Source: Alkalispirochaeta sp. (lineage in GTDB: Bacteria > Spirochaetota > Spirochaetia > DSM-27196 > Alkalispirochaetaceae). Taken from it: 64,000 bases of DNA. The stretch covers positions 1,728,001 to 1,792,000 of the forward strand of contig OZ271854.1 of the NCBI GenBank assembly GCA_965601925.1. Direction: 5' to 3'. The position numbers and the translations under genes are program-made. The notes beneath the pieces are model-generated. The model was given only the letters and a program-made list of their open reading frames with translations, made no database searches and was not told where the DNA came from. Shown piece by piece: positions 49,429 through 57,790 of the stretch. The stretch's first letter is position 1, and every line of letters begins with the position of its first letter.

Positions 49429-49710
49429 ATGGATTTCGTGAGTATTATCACCATTTTCGTGCTGGCGATTTTCGTCGGATTCGAGGTCATCACCAAGGTG
49501 CCGCCGATCCTCCACACACCGCTCATGTCGGGTTCGAATGCGATCTCCGGTATTACGATTATCGGTGCCCTCGTCGCCGCCGGTACGGGGCTATCAACGA
49601 TGACGGTGTGGTTGGGATTCGCAGCCCTCGTGTTCGCAACGATCAACGTGGTGGGCGGGTTTCTCGTTACGCATCGCATGTTAAGCAAGTTCAGAAAGAG
49701 AGAACAGTAA
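49429..49710 (+). CDS. pntA: NAD(P) transhydrogenase alpha subunit part 2
   Basis: VPPILHTPLMSGSNAISG, NVVGGFLVTHRML. Confidence 0.95.
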   Translation: MDFVSIITIFVLAIFVGFEVITKVPPILHTPLMSGSNAISGITIIGALVAAGTGLSTMTVWLGFAALVFATINVVGGFLVTHRMLSKFRKREQ

Positions 49711-51119
49711 TGAACGAAGCGGTATCCAATCTGCTGTATCTCCTCGCGGCGGTACTGTTTATTGTAGGTCTCAAAGGACTGACCCACCCACGATCGGCGG
49801 TGCGGGGCAATTTTATCGGCTCTCTGGGGATGCTCCTGGCGGTCGTCGTGACGCTCGTGGTCCAAGAAATTCTCAATCCCGTCATGATTATCTCCGGAAT
49901 CGCGGCCGGTTCGATCATCGGAGCGGTATTTGCTCTTACCATCAAGATGACCGCGATGCCTCAGTTAGTCGGTCTCTATAACGGATTCGGGGGCATCGCG
50001 AGTGTGCTCGTCGCCGGCGCGGTTCTCTACCAGGCGCTGGAGACGGGACTCTCGGGACCGGAGAGCGGAGCGGGAAATCTGCAGTTTCTCGTGGCAACCG
50101 CCGCCAGCGGTCTTATCGGTGCGGTGACCTTCTTCGGATCTCTCATCGCATTCGGCAAGCTCCAGGGGATCGTCACCGAGAAGCCGGTGCGCTATCCCGG
50201 TGAGCAGATCGTCAAGATTCTCGTCGCCGGCGCCTCGCTCGTCGTGGCGGTGTTGATCGTGCTGGAGCCCGCCCGCACCGAGTACTACTGGATCCTGGCG
50301 GCCGTCTCCTCGGTGCTCGGGATACTGTTGGTAATGCCGATCGGGGGCGCGGACATGCCGATCGTCATCGCACTCCTCAACTCCTATTCGGGGCTCGCAG
50401 CGGCCGCGACCGGCTTTGTTCTCAATAACACGGTACTTATTATCGCCGGGTCCTTGGTCGGTGCGAGCGGCATCATTCTTACCAACATCATGTGTCGCGC
50501 GATGAATCGGTCCTTGGCTAACGTGCTCTTCGGCGGCGTCGGCGCGGTACAGGACTCCTCCGACACGTCGGACGATATGTATGCGGGGCGGGTTAAGAGT
50601 ACCTCGGCGGAGGAGGTCGCCATGATCCTCAAAACGGCGCAAAAGGTCACTTTCGTTCCCGGCTACGGTATGGCGGTGGCGCGCGCTCAGACCCCGGTTC
50701 GCGTGTTGACCGAGCAGATGGAGTCGGACGGGATCGATGTGGATTTCGGGATTCATCCGGTGGCGGGACGCATGCCCGGGCACATGAACGTACTTCTGGC
50801 GGAAGAGAACATCTCCTACGACAAGCTCCGTGAGATGGATGCGATCAATCCGAACTTCCCCAATACCGATGTGGTAATCGTTCTGGGAGCCAACGACGTG
50901 GTAAATCCCCTGGCACGCGAGTCCTCGGGAACACCGATCAGCGGCATGCCGATCCTCAACGTAGACGAGTCACGCACCGTCGTGGTGATCAAGCGGAGTC
51001 TGAGTCCGGGATTTGCCGGTATCCCCAATCCGCTGTTTGCCGCCGACAACACGCTAATGCTCTTCGGCGATGGGAAGAAGGTGATGGAAGATCTCGTAGC
51101 GGCGTACAAAGAGGCGTGA
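49710..51119 (+). CDS. pntB: NAD(P) transhydrogenase beta subunit
   Basis: GGADMP, NSYSG, PGYGMAVA, HPVAGRMPGHMNV, GANDVVNP. Confidence 0.96.
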   Translation: MNEAVSNLLYLLAAVLFIVGLKGLTHPRSAVRGNFIGSLGMLLAVVVTLVVQEILNPVMIISGIAAGSIIGAVFALTIKMTAMPQLVGLYNGFGGIASVLVAGAVLYQALETGLSGPESGAGNLQFLVATAASGLIGAVTFFGSLIAFGKLQGIVTEKPVRYPGEQIVKILVAGASLVVAVLIVLEPARTEYYWILAAVSSVLGILLVMPIGGADMPIVIALLNSYSGLAAAATGFVLNNTVLIIAGSLVGASGIILTNIMCRAMNRSLANVLFGGVGAVQDSSDTSDDMYAGRVKSTSAEEVAMILKTAQKVTFVPGYGMAVARAQTPVRVLTEQMESDGIDVDFGIHPVAGRMPGHMNVLLAEENISYDKLREMDAINPNFPNTDVVIVLGANDVVNPLARESSGTPISGMPILNVDESRTVVVIKRSLSPGFAGIPNPLFAADNTLMLFGDGKKVMEDLVAAYKEA

Positions 51120-51144
51120 CGCGTCCCTCGATTGGAACGTGCGA

Positions 51145-51176
51145 CCGGTAGGCGGCGACTTGTCGGCTACCGGTGT
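51145..51176. terminator. Hairpin between convergent pntB and pfkA
   Basis: ACCGGTAG...CTACCGGT inverted repeat with additional inner pairing. Confidence 0.5.
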
Positions 51177-51177
51177 A

Positions 51178-52275
51178 TCACACGTCGCCGAAGCACGTCT
51201 GAACGCCCCGAGCCGTATCAATCAACCGCAGATCGGGCGGTACCGTCTTAAGGGCTCCGGCTACCTCCGAGAGTGGTCTTTTGACCACCTCCGTGCCCTC
51301 TAAGGCGACCATGTTCCCGTACGCGCCCTCGGCAAGCATGTCGGCGGCGGCCGTACCGAACTGCGTAGCGAGAATGCGGTCGTACGCGCTCGGCGTTCCA
51401 CCACGTTGCTGGTATCCCAGGACGGTTACCCGCGCCTCGAGTTTGCTTCGTTCTTCAATGTCGCGTGCAACCTCGTACGCCACCGAGTGGCCGCGCTTTC
51501 TTCGAAGCCTCTTGCGCTCGTCCTTGGGTAGCGCAGCCTCTTCTCGACTCATGGCTCCCTCGGCTACGACGACGATGGAAAATCGCTTGCCCCGCGCCTG
51601 TCGTCGAAGCACGTGATTGACGATCGCATCCATATCGTAAGGAATTTCCGGTATCAGAATAACGTCGCCGCCTCCCGCAAGCCCGGAGTAGAGTGCCAGC
51701 CACCCCGCCTTGTGTCCCATAACCTCAATGACCATGACGCGGTTGTGCGACTGCGCGGTGCTGTGGAGGCGATCGATCGCCTCGGTTCCGATATCGACTG
51801 CACTGTGAAATCCGAAGGTCAGATCGGTACCCCAGATGTCGTTGTCGATGGTCTTCGGTAGTCCGATGACGTTGAGGCCCTCCTCCGCCAGGAGGTGGGC
51901 GGTCTTGTGCGTGCCGTTCCCGCCGAGGACGACGAGGCAGTCCAGACCAAGGCGGGTATAGTTCTCGATGATCTTGTCCGCTTTGTTGCGTCCCGCCTTG
52001 CTGTCCGTTTCTCCCTCTTTGTTCTTAAACGGTTTTTCCCTCGACGTACCGAGAATCGTTCCTCCACGGGTAAGAATCCCGTCGAAGTCTTCCGGCTTGA
52101 GGAGCCTGGTATCGCCCTCGATAAGTCCGCGATACCCGTCCGCGATGCCGATGATGTTCATCCCGTGTTGTGCCCATGCGCTCTTGCATACACCGCGGAT
52201 CGCTGCGTTGAGTCCGGGGCAATCTCCGCCGCTGGTAAGGATTCCGAAAGTTCGTGTCGCCGATGTGCGTCCCAT
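51178..52275 (-). CDS. pfkA: 6-phosphofructokinase (group III; Gly in the GGNGT motif suggests ATP-dependent)
   Basis: TSGGDCPG, GGTILGTSR, GGNGT, PKTIDND, EVMGH, LGYQQRGG. Confidence 0.92.
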   Translation of the reverse strand: MGRTSATRTFGILTSGGDCPGLNAAIRGVCKSAWAQHGMNIIGIADGYRGLIEGDTRLLKPEDFDGILTRGGTILGTSREKPFKNKEGETDSKAGRNKADKIIENYTRLGLDCLVVLGGNGTHKTAHLLAEEGLNVIGLPKTIDNDIWGTDLTFGFHSAVDIGTEAIDRLHSTAQSHNRVMVIEVMGHKAGWLALYSGLAGGGDVILIPEIPYDMDAIVNHVLRRQARGKRFSIVVVAEGAMSREEAALPKDERKRLRRKRGHSVAYEVARDIEERSKLEARVTVLGYQQRGGTPSAYDRILATQFGTAAADMLAEGAYGNMVALEGTEVVKRPLSEVAGALKTVPPDLRLIDTARGVQTCFGDV

Positions 52276-52308
52276 GAATAGTCCTGATGTATGGTTTCGT
52301 GCGGGACG

Positions 52309-53541
52309 TTACTCCTGATCGCCCGCGTACTTCTCGCTGATCGTGCGAATGTTGGGAAGGATACTGAAGAAGATCTCAATCAACTCGGGATCGAACTTCG
52401 TGCCCGCCAAACGACGCATCTCCTCCAGCACGTGTTCCTCATCCCACGCCTCTTTGTAGACCCTATGGGAAAGCAATGCGTCGTATACGTCGGCAATCGA
52501 AACGATGCGCCCGAACAGGGGGATATCGAGACCCTTCTTCCCGATCGGCCTCCCCTGGTCGTCACTTGCGATCGCCTCGCCCGTCTCGATATCGATGTAA
52601 CCGGGATACCCGGTGCCGTCCCAACTTTCGTGGTGGTTGAGCGCCACCACCTGGGCGAGCTCGTCGAACTCCGATTGCTTGTTGACGAACAGGCGCGCAC
52701 CTTGCCAGGTATGCGTTTTCATCGTCTCGTACTCTTCTTCGGTGAAGCGGCCCGGCTTTTTGAGGATGACGTCCGAAATGGCGACTTTACCGACGTCGTG
52801 GAGCATCGCCGCCATACGGAGGTTATCGCGCGTCTTTTCGATCTCATTGGGCGGCGTACCCGCTCGCCTCGCCCACGCCTCGTAAATTTCCACCGAGTAT
52901 CCGGCGACACGGTTGACGTGGGGTCCCGTCTCCTTCGGATCGCGTAGCTCCGCCATGCGGATCATGCGCAATAAAATTGCGCGCGTCATCTGCGCCCGTT
53001 GAAGCGCTACCGTCGCGTTGGACGCGAAGTGCATCACCAACAACTCGTCGTCGCGATCGAATGCGAGCACGCGTCCGTCGTCATCTCTCTTGTTGATGAC
53101 TTGAATGACGCCGAGAATATCGCCGGTGTTGGACTTGAGCGGGATGGCAAGCATCGATCGGCTCCGGTACCCGGATATCGCGTCGTAGGACGGATCGAAG
53201 CTGTAAGGAGCCTCTTTCGATATCTCATAGACGTCGGGAATATTTACCGGCTCTCCCTTGGCCGCCGCGTAGCCGGAAATCGTCTGTGTGCTTATCGGGA
53301 CGGTAAATACCTTGTATATGAGTTTTTGCCCCGGAGGAAGCTCTCTTTGCTTGGTGTCGTTCTGCGCGTAGTTGATGATGAGCTCGTCGCCCTTGACTAC
53401 GTAAATCGAACCGGCGTCAGCATTGACCACGCGTCGCGCCTCTAGGAGAATGCGTTCGAGGAGAATGTCCAAGTCCTGGATTTTGTTAAGTTCCGAGTCG
53501 AGTGATATAATGCTGCGGAGCTTTTCTGCGTCGTGGGCCAT
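52309..53541 (-). CDS. GAF + HD-GYP cyclic di-GMP phosphodiesterase
   Basis: GAF domain (VIQVINKR...F..DDE); ETGPHVNRV, LHDVGK, HHESWDGTGYP, ADVYDAL...R.YK. Confidence 0.9.
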   Translation of the reverse strand: MAHDAEKLRSIISLDSELNKIQDLDILLERILLEARRVVNADAGSIYVVKGDELIINYAQNDTKQRELPPGQKLIYKVFTVPISTQTISGYAAAKGEPVNIPDVYEISKEAPYSFDPSYDAISGYRSRSMLAIPLKSNTGDILGVIQVINKRDDDGRVLAFDRDDELLVMHFASNATVALQRAQMTRAILLRMIRMAELRDPKETGPHVNRVAGYSVEIYEAWARRAGTPPNEIEKTRDNLRMAAMLHDVGKVAISDVILKKPGRFTEEEYETMKTHTWQGARLFVNKQSEFDELAQVVALNHHESWDGTGYPGYIDIETGEAIASDDQGRPIGKKGLDIPLFGRIVSIADVYDALLSHRVYKEAWDEEHVLEEMRRLAGTKFDPELIEIFFSILPNIRTISEKYAGDQE

Positions 53542-53589
53542 ATTTTCTAACTACTCTAAATCATACACGTGTACGGGAGGGCCTGTCCA

Positions 53590-53928
53590 TTGCAGAAACT
53601 ACTAAGACAAGTGCTGACGATCCCGATAGTGCTCTATCAGTGGATCATTTCTCCCTTTTTCCCATCTCACTGCAACTATCATCCCACGTGTTCCGAGTAT
53701 ACCCGACAGGCGATTCAGCGCCACGGACTCATTCGCGGCCTCACCATGGGTTTGATGCGCATTGGTCGGTGCTCCGCGCGCTTTGCGGGAGGATCTGACC
53801 CCGTCCCCGATCGATTCGTACTCAACGAGCTCGTAGACGAGTACCGATCGCGGTCGACACGACGGTCGGCACAGCATACCACGAATCAATCCGCCGCCGA
53901 ACGTGACTCCGATCGAGCGGATACGTGA
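53590..53928 (+). CDS. yidD: Membrane protein insertion efficiency factor
   Basis: YQWIISP, CNYHPTCSEY, RIGRC, GGSDPVP. TTG start after GGGAGG. Confidence 0.88.
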   Translation: MQKLLRQVLTIPIVLYQWIISPFFPSHCNYHPTCSEYTRQAIQRHGLIRGLTMGLMRIGRCSARFAGGSDPVPDRFVLNELVDEYRSRSTRRSAQHTTNQSAAERDSDRADT

Positions 53929-53965
53929 GAGAATGACGAACCGCCGTCAGTACCGTCGAGCGCTC

Positions 53966-53999
53966 AAAAAAAGAACCATCCGGATACACGGATGGTTCT
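53966..53999 (-). terminator. Intrinsic terminator of the rpmG-rpmB operon
   Basis: GAACCATCCG-6 nt-CGGATGGTTC stem with an A7 run on the + strand (U7 on the - strand). Confidence 0.85.
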
Positions 54000-54037
54000 C
54001 TTCCGACCTCTGGGGTCGACGTCATAGTACGAAGACG

Positions 54038-54277
54038 TTAGGTGATGTCTTTTATACGTAGGCCTTTTTTCCGCAGATACGGCAGTAGGCCGATCTTGCT
54101 GACCGTCCGGAGTGCGTGCGTACTGAGCTTAACCCGGACAAATCGTTTGAGCTCGGGAACGTACAAACGCTTGGTATGGACGTTGGGACGCTGCCACTTT
54201 TTCGTCTTGTTATGGGCGTGCGATACATTGTTGCCGGAAAGCGGTCTTTTACCGGAGATAGCGCATTTGCGACTCAT
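54038..54277 (-). CDS. rpmB: 50S ribosomal protein L28
   Basis: MSRKCAISGK...GNNVSHAHNKTK...PNV; 79 aa. Confidence 0.96.
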   Translation of the reverse strand: MSRKCAISGKRPLSGNNVSHAHNKTKKWQRPNVHTKRLYVPELKRFVRVKLSTHALRTVSKIGLLPYLRKKGLRIKDIT

Positions 54278-54294
54278 ATCGTTGTTCCTTTCCG

Positions 54295-54468
54295 CTATAC
54301 CTTACCCGATTCCTTAAACACTACGTGTTTTCGGACAAAGGGATCGTATTTTACAAACTCCATCTTGTTGGGAGTGTTACGTTTGTTTTTCACGGTGTAA
54401 TAGCAGTATCCGCTCTCGGTCGATTTGAGTCGGACGCGCACTACATTGCCTTTCTTCGCCTTGGCCAC
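54295..54468 (-). CDS. rpmG: 50S ribosomal protein L33 (no CxxC zinc ribbon); absent from the ORF track
   Basis: Manual translation [57 protein letters not shown] (57 aa); GTG start, AGGAG SD. Confidence 0.95.
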   Translation of the reverse strand: MAKAKKGNVVRVRLKSTESGYCYYTVKNKRNTPNKMEFVKYDPFVRKHVVFKESGKV

Positions 54469-54589
54469 TCTTCTTCTCCTGTATGACGTTCGGGAACGCC
54501 ATACATATCATGCCAACGACCTCCGCGTCAAGTCGTAGCGGTCTTCGCATCGCACGCGGGGCCGCCGCGATCGTTGGCCTTCACCGATA

Positions 54590-55576
54590 CTATGTCGTGG
54601 AACGTACGACGAGACGATGTTTGACCACCGTCGTTTTCGGCGATGGTGCTCGATTTCCCGCTGCGATAAGACGCAGTAGAGTCGCCATTGCGTACTGTCC
54701 CATACGACGTATCGGCTGGCGGATCGTCGATATACCGAACACCTCCGCAATCGGCCTATCGTCGAATCCGAGTATCGCCAGCTCCGACGGTACCGCGATG
54801 CCCGCCTTGTTCGCTGCGGCCAGTAGACCGAGCGCGACTTCGTCTCCGCCGGTGAAAATCGCATCGGGGCGCGGACAGAGCGCCATGATGCGATCCAGTA
54901 GTGCCGCCCCCTCGGTGACCTCATCGTTCTCGCACGCGATCTGATGTATGAGCGGCGCACCCTCCCGCATACCGTAGTCGGTATACGCCTTGCGACGAAA
55001 TCGATTCGATCCGCAGAACGGATCGTATCCGTGGACCGCTGCGATCGTCTTCGCACCGCGACGGTGAAGGTGCTCAAGTCCCTCGATCGTGCTCTTGTAG
55101 TGATCGATGTACACGTGAGGGCAATCGGCTCCAAACAAGGCCTGATCGCAGGCGACCAGCGGAATCGTACCGATGAGCGAGAGAAACGCCTCAGGCTCGA
55201 CCGACTCCACCGCTGTGATGATGCCGTCCATCGATCGTGCGCGCGCCTGCTCCACCAAGAGGTGCGGCGACCACTGCGGTGCGCCGCTTTGCTGCACCAA
55301 CAGATCGTAGGAGTGTCGACGTGCAATGTCACCCAATCCGGCCAGCAGCGGCCCGTAAAACGGGTGATCGACTCGATCCAGCACGACCACCACCCGACCC
55401 GTTTTTCCGCTCTTCAAACTTTGCGCGGAGGCGTTTGGTCGATAGTCGAGCCGCGCCATGGCGAGTTCGATCGCCCGTTGCGCCTCCTTGGAGACGTACG
55501 GTTTGTTATTAAGGTGACGCGAAATCGTCGCGGTCGATAGTCCGGTCAGATTCGCAATGTCGCGAATATTGGCCAT
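54590..55576 (-). CDS. LacI-family transcriptional regulator
   Basis: NIRDIANLTGLSTATISRHLN HTH, YRPNASAQSL hinge, PDAIF, LGFDD. Confidence 0.93.
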   Translation of the reverse strand: MANIRDIANLTGLSTATISRHLNNKPYVSKEAQRAIELAMARLDYRPNASAQSLKSGKTGRVVVVLDRVDHPFYGPLLAGLGDIARRHSYDLLVQQSGAPQWSPHLLVEQARARSMDGIITAVESVEPEAFLSLIGTIPLVACDQALFGADCPHVYIDHYKSTIEGLEHLHRRGAKTIAAVHGYDPFCGSNRFRRKAYTDYGMREGAPLIHQIACENDEVTEGAALLDRIMALCPRPDAIFTGGDEVALGLLAAANKAGIAVPSELAILGFDDRPIAEVFGISTIRQPIRRMGQYAMATLLRLIAAGNRAPSPKTTVVKHRLVVRSTT

Positions 55577-55607
55577 GTGGAGAACAATATAGCACGCAAC
55601 GGCGTCC

Positions 55608-55808
55608 CTAATTCCGACCGTGCGCCACATCGATGCAGGGGCGCTGCGGTTCGATCCATTCGGCGATACGCACGAGTCCTCGGGCGGTTCGAGCGCGAAG
55701 AGTCCTCAGCCGGCGAACGGGTATGCAGGCTTTCGACGACGGTCCCCGATAGAGATCGCATTCGATGCCTTCGGCGACATTGTTCATCATGATAATCCAG
55801 GCGTTCAT
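55608..55808 (-). CDS. Small hypothetical protein (66 aa) upstream of the LacI regulator
   Basis: Strong SD AAGGAGGA about 5 nt before ATG; fills the intergenic gap co-directionally. Confidence 0.55.
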   Translation of the reverse strand: MNAWIIMMNNVAEGIECDLYRGPSSKACIPVRRLRTLRARTARGLVRIAEWIEPQRPCIDVAHGRN

Positions 55809-55851
55809 ACACTTCCTCCTTGCGAGTATGCTTCGGTGAAAGCGTATTTTG

Positions 55852-55871
55852 TGTAATCAATTACAGGTCAA
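55852..55871 (-). promoter_or_regulatory. LacI-type operator abutting a -35 box
   Basis: TGTAAT-CA-ATTACA palindrome at 55852-55865; TTGACC on the minus strand at 55871-55866. Confidence 0.65.
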
Positions 55872-55930
55872 GCGTTTTTTTGCCGTATGTCACGAAAATC
55901 CGCGACGCTGCGAGCGATCCATCGGATACG

Positions 55931-57235
55931 TTACGCGCCGCCTTCGGTGGGGCGCGTCTCGAGGGCCGTTTTTTCCCGGTAGTTGCCCTGGATATAGCGA
56001 ACGGCCAGATCCCATTTGTACGTGTTACCCCTCGGGCTCACCGTGGTGATGCGGTAGAGGTTGTTGTAGAGGTAAAACTCCAAGTGCTCATTGTTCTGGA
56101 CATTGATGCCCTCGATGTCGTGAATCGGAAACTCGATTCTGCCTCCCGCTTCCAGCGACACCGTGATGAGATCTCCCACCAACTCCATCGGACCGACACC
56201 GATATGTTGAAGGGGAAGTGCTTTGTATCCCTCCTGTACCGTAACTTCCGGCTCACGGATCAGCGGTGGCGGCGATACGTTTCCGGCCTCGGTGTGCATG
56301 TAGTCGTCAATGACCTCGCGATAGCGGTCGAGCTGCCACACGTTCCAGTCCCTGACCGTCTCGAAATGGAGCGGGCCGGAGCGCGGTTCGAAAAAGCCCC
56401 ACGCGTTGAGGCGGACCGAGTATCCGCAATGTCGGCACGTCAATCGGCTGCGATGGGAATGAAGCGTTGCGATCGATCGGCACGTGGGACACGCAAACAA
56501 GGCGCGCTCCAAGTACTCGGCTCTACGCGAGCTTTGATACCGGATACCCGCTTCGCGCTGGAAGGCGAACGCGTCGACGTCCAGAACATCTTTGAGCGTC
56601 GCGCCGATCTCGTCGGTGGTCATCCTGCGGAGCTGGTCCGGCGTGAAGACTCTCTGAAAGGTGATGCGGACTCCCCCGCGACGAAACTGAGGCGCCCATC
56701 GCGGCCACGTGAGATATGCGCCCTTTATTTGCGCCACGTACACGGGAATCTTTAGCGACTTGACCAACTTCTCCGTAGATTTGACGATCGGAAGCGCATG
56801 GCCGTCCCAGGTCGTTTGTCCCTCCGGAAAGATACCGATGATCCCGTTCTGCCGTTTGACCGCCACGATCTTTTTTACCGTATCGAGATCGGCTACGACT
56901 TTCGTCTTGGGAATGACGCCGACCAGGCCGAGGGCAAAGGAGAGAAACCGAGACCGTATTTGCGAGTCGGATATGACGTATTGCACGGGTCTTCTGAAAA
57001 ACGCCGCCAGAAGAAACGGATCCAACGCCGAGCTATGGTTAGCCAAAATGAGAAATGCCCCGCGCTGTTTCCGAACCAGCGACAAGTTCTCAGTGCGGAT
57101 GCGGAATATCCACGAGAACAACGGTCCGGTTATCTCTTGGAGAAATCGATAGAAGAATCGATTCGTGTGGACGCGGCGACTCTCTCTTCGCCGATCGCGA
57201 CGGCGTCGCCGTCGAATCTTGCCGTCGTTACTCAC
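55931..57235 (-). CDS. Lysophospholipid acyltransferase (PlsC family) with C-terminal Cys4 zinc-ribbon region
   Basis: NHSSALD (HX4D), IFPEG; CPTC...CRHC. Confidence 0.85.
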   Translation of the reverse strand: MSNDGKIRRRRRRDRRRESRRVHTNRFFYRFLQEITGPLFSWIFRIRTENLSLVRKQRGAFLILANHSSALDPFLLAAFFRRPVQYVISDSQIRSRFLSFALGLVGVIPKTKVVADLDTVKKIVAVKRQNGIIGIFPEGQTTWDGHALPIVKSTEKLVKSLKIPVYVAQIKGAYLTWPRWAPQFRRGGVRITFQRVFTPDQLRRMTTDEIGATLKDVLDVDAFAFQREAGIRYQSSRRAEYLERALFACPTCRSIATLHSHRSRLTCRHCGYSVRLNAWGFFEPRSGPLHFETVRDWNVWQLDRYREVIDDYMHTEAGNVSPPPLIREPEVTVQEGYKALPLQHIGVGPMELVGDLITVSLEAGGRIEFPIHDIEGINVQNNEHLEFYLYNNLYRITTVSPRGNTYKWDLAVRYIQGNYREKTALETRPTEGGA

Positions 57236-57747
57236 AGGCTCGCCTCCTTCTCTTGAGGCTGGTGCAACGTATCAAACAATTGACGAGCCCACATCGTTAC
57301 GTCACTCGATGCGCGTTCTCGATCGCGTTGCAGCGGTTCGCGGATGCTCAACTCCCCGATGATCGTGTTTCCGATGAGCATGTCTTTCATATGCTGAAGC
57401 GCCGAACCTACGCGGCCCGCGTAGCAGGCGAACAATGCAAAGTTATTCCGAAAAAAATCGTGGGAGCGAAGAAACGATCGGATCGCCGGCGCCATCGACC
57501 CGGCCCACACCGGCGTGCCGACGATGATCAGATCCGTGTCGTGGAACGAAAAATCGGAAAACGTCACTTCCGGCATGGGAGACGTCGAGACCTGCCGCGT
57601 GCGCCACGCGAACGTCTGCTTTTCGGTCGCGTTGTACTGCTGTACTACCGACAGCTCGATAAGATCGGAGTCCAGTTCGCGAGAAATTTCTCCCGCGAGA
57701 TAGCGGGTATTACCGTCATAGGAAAAAAACACTACAGCACTTTTCAT
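57232..57747 (-). CDS. Flavodoxin-like protein
   Basis: FFSYDGNTR, IIVGTPVWAGSMAP; start ATG 57747; 4-bp overlap with the acyltransferase. Confidence 0.8.
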   Translation of the reverse strand: MKSAVVFFSYDGNTRYLAGEISRELDSDLIELSVVQQYNATEKQTFAWRTRQVSTSPMPEVTFSDFSFHDTDLIIVGTPVWAGSMAPAIRSFLRSHDFFRNNFALFACYAGRVGSALQHMKDMLIGNTIIGELSIREPLQRDRERASSDVTMWARQLFDTLHQPQEKEASL

Positions 57748-57790
57748 ATTCGTTCCACAAACGACGTGGACTATGCCTATTATAATCGGT

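Noticed and set aside
48262..49710. pntA in two ORFs as a possible frameshift or pseudogene
   Set aside because: The split PntAA/PntAB architecture is well known; both parts are intact with their own SDs.
54469..54589. Possible Zur box upstream of the cysteine-poor rpmG-rpmB
   Set aside because: No AT-rich Fur/Zur-type inverted repeat is visible; only a GC-containing hairpin, reported separately.
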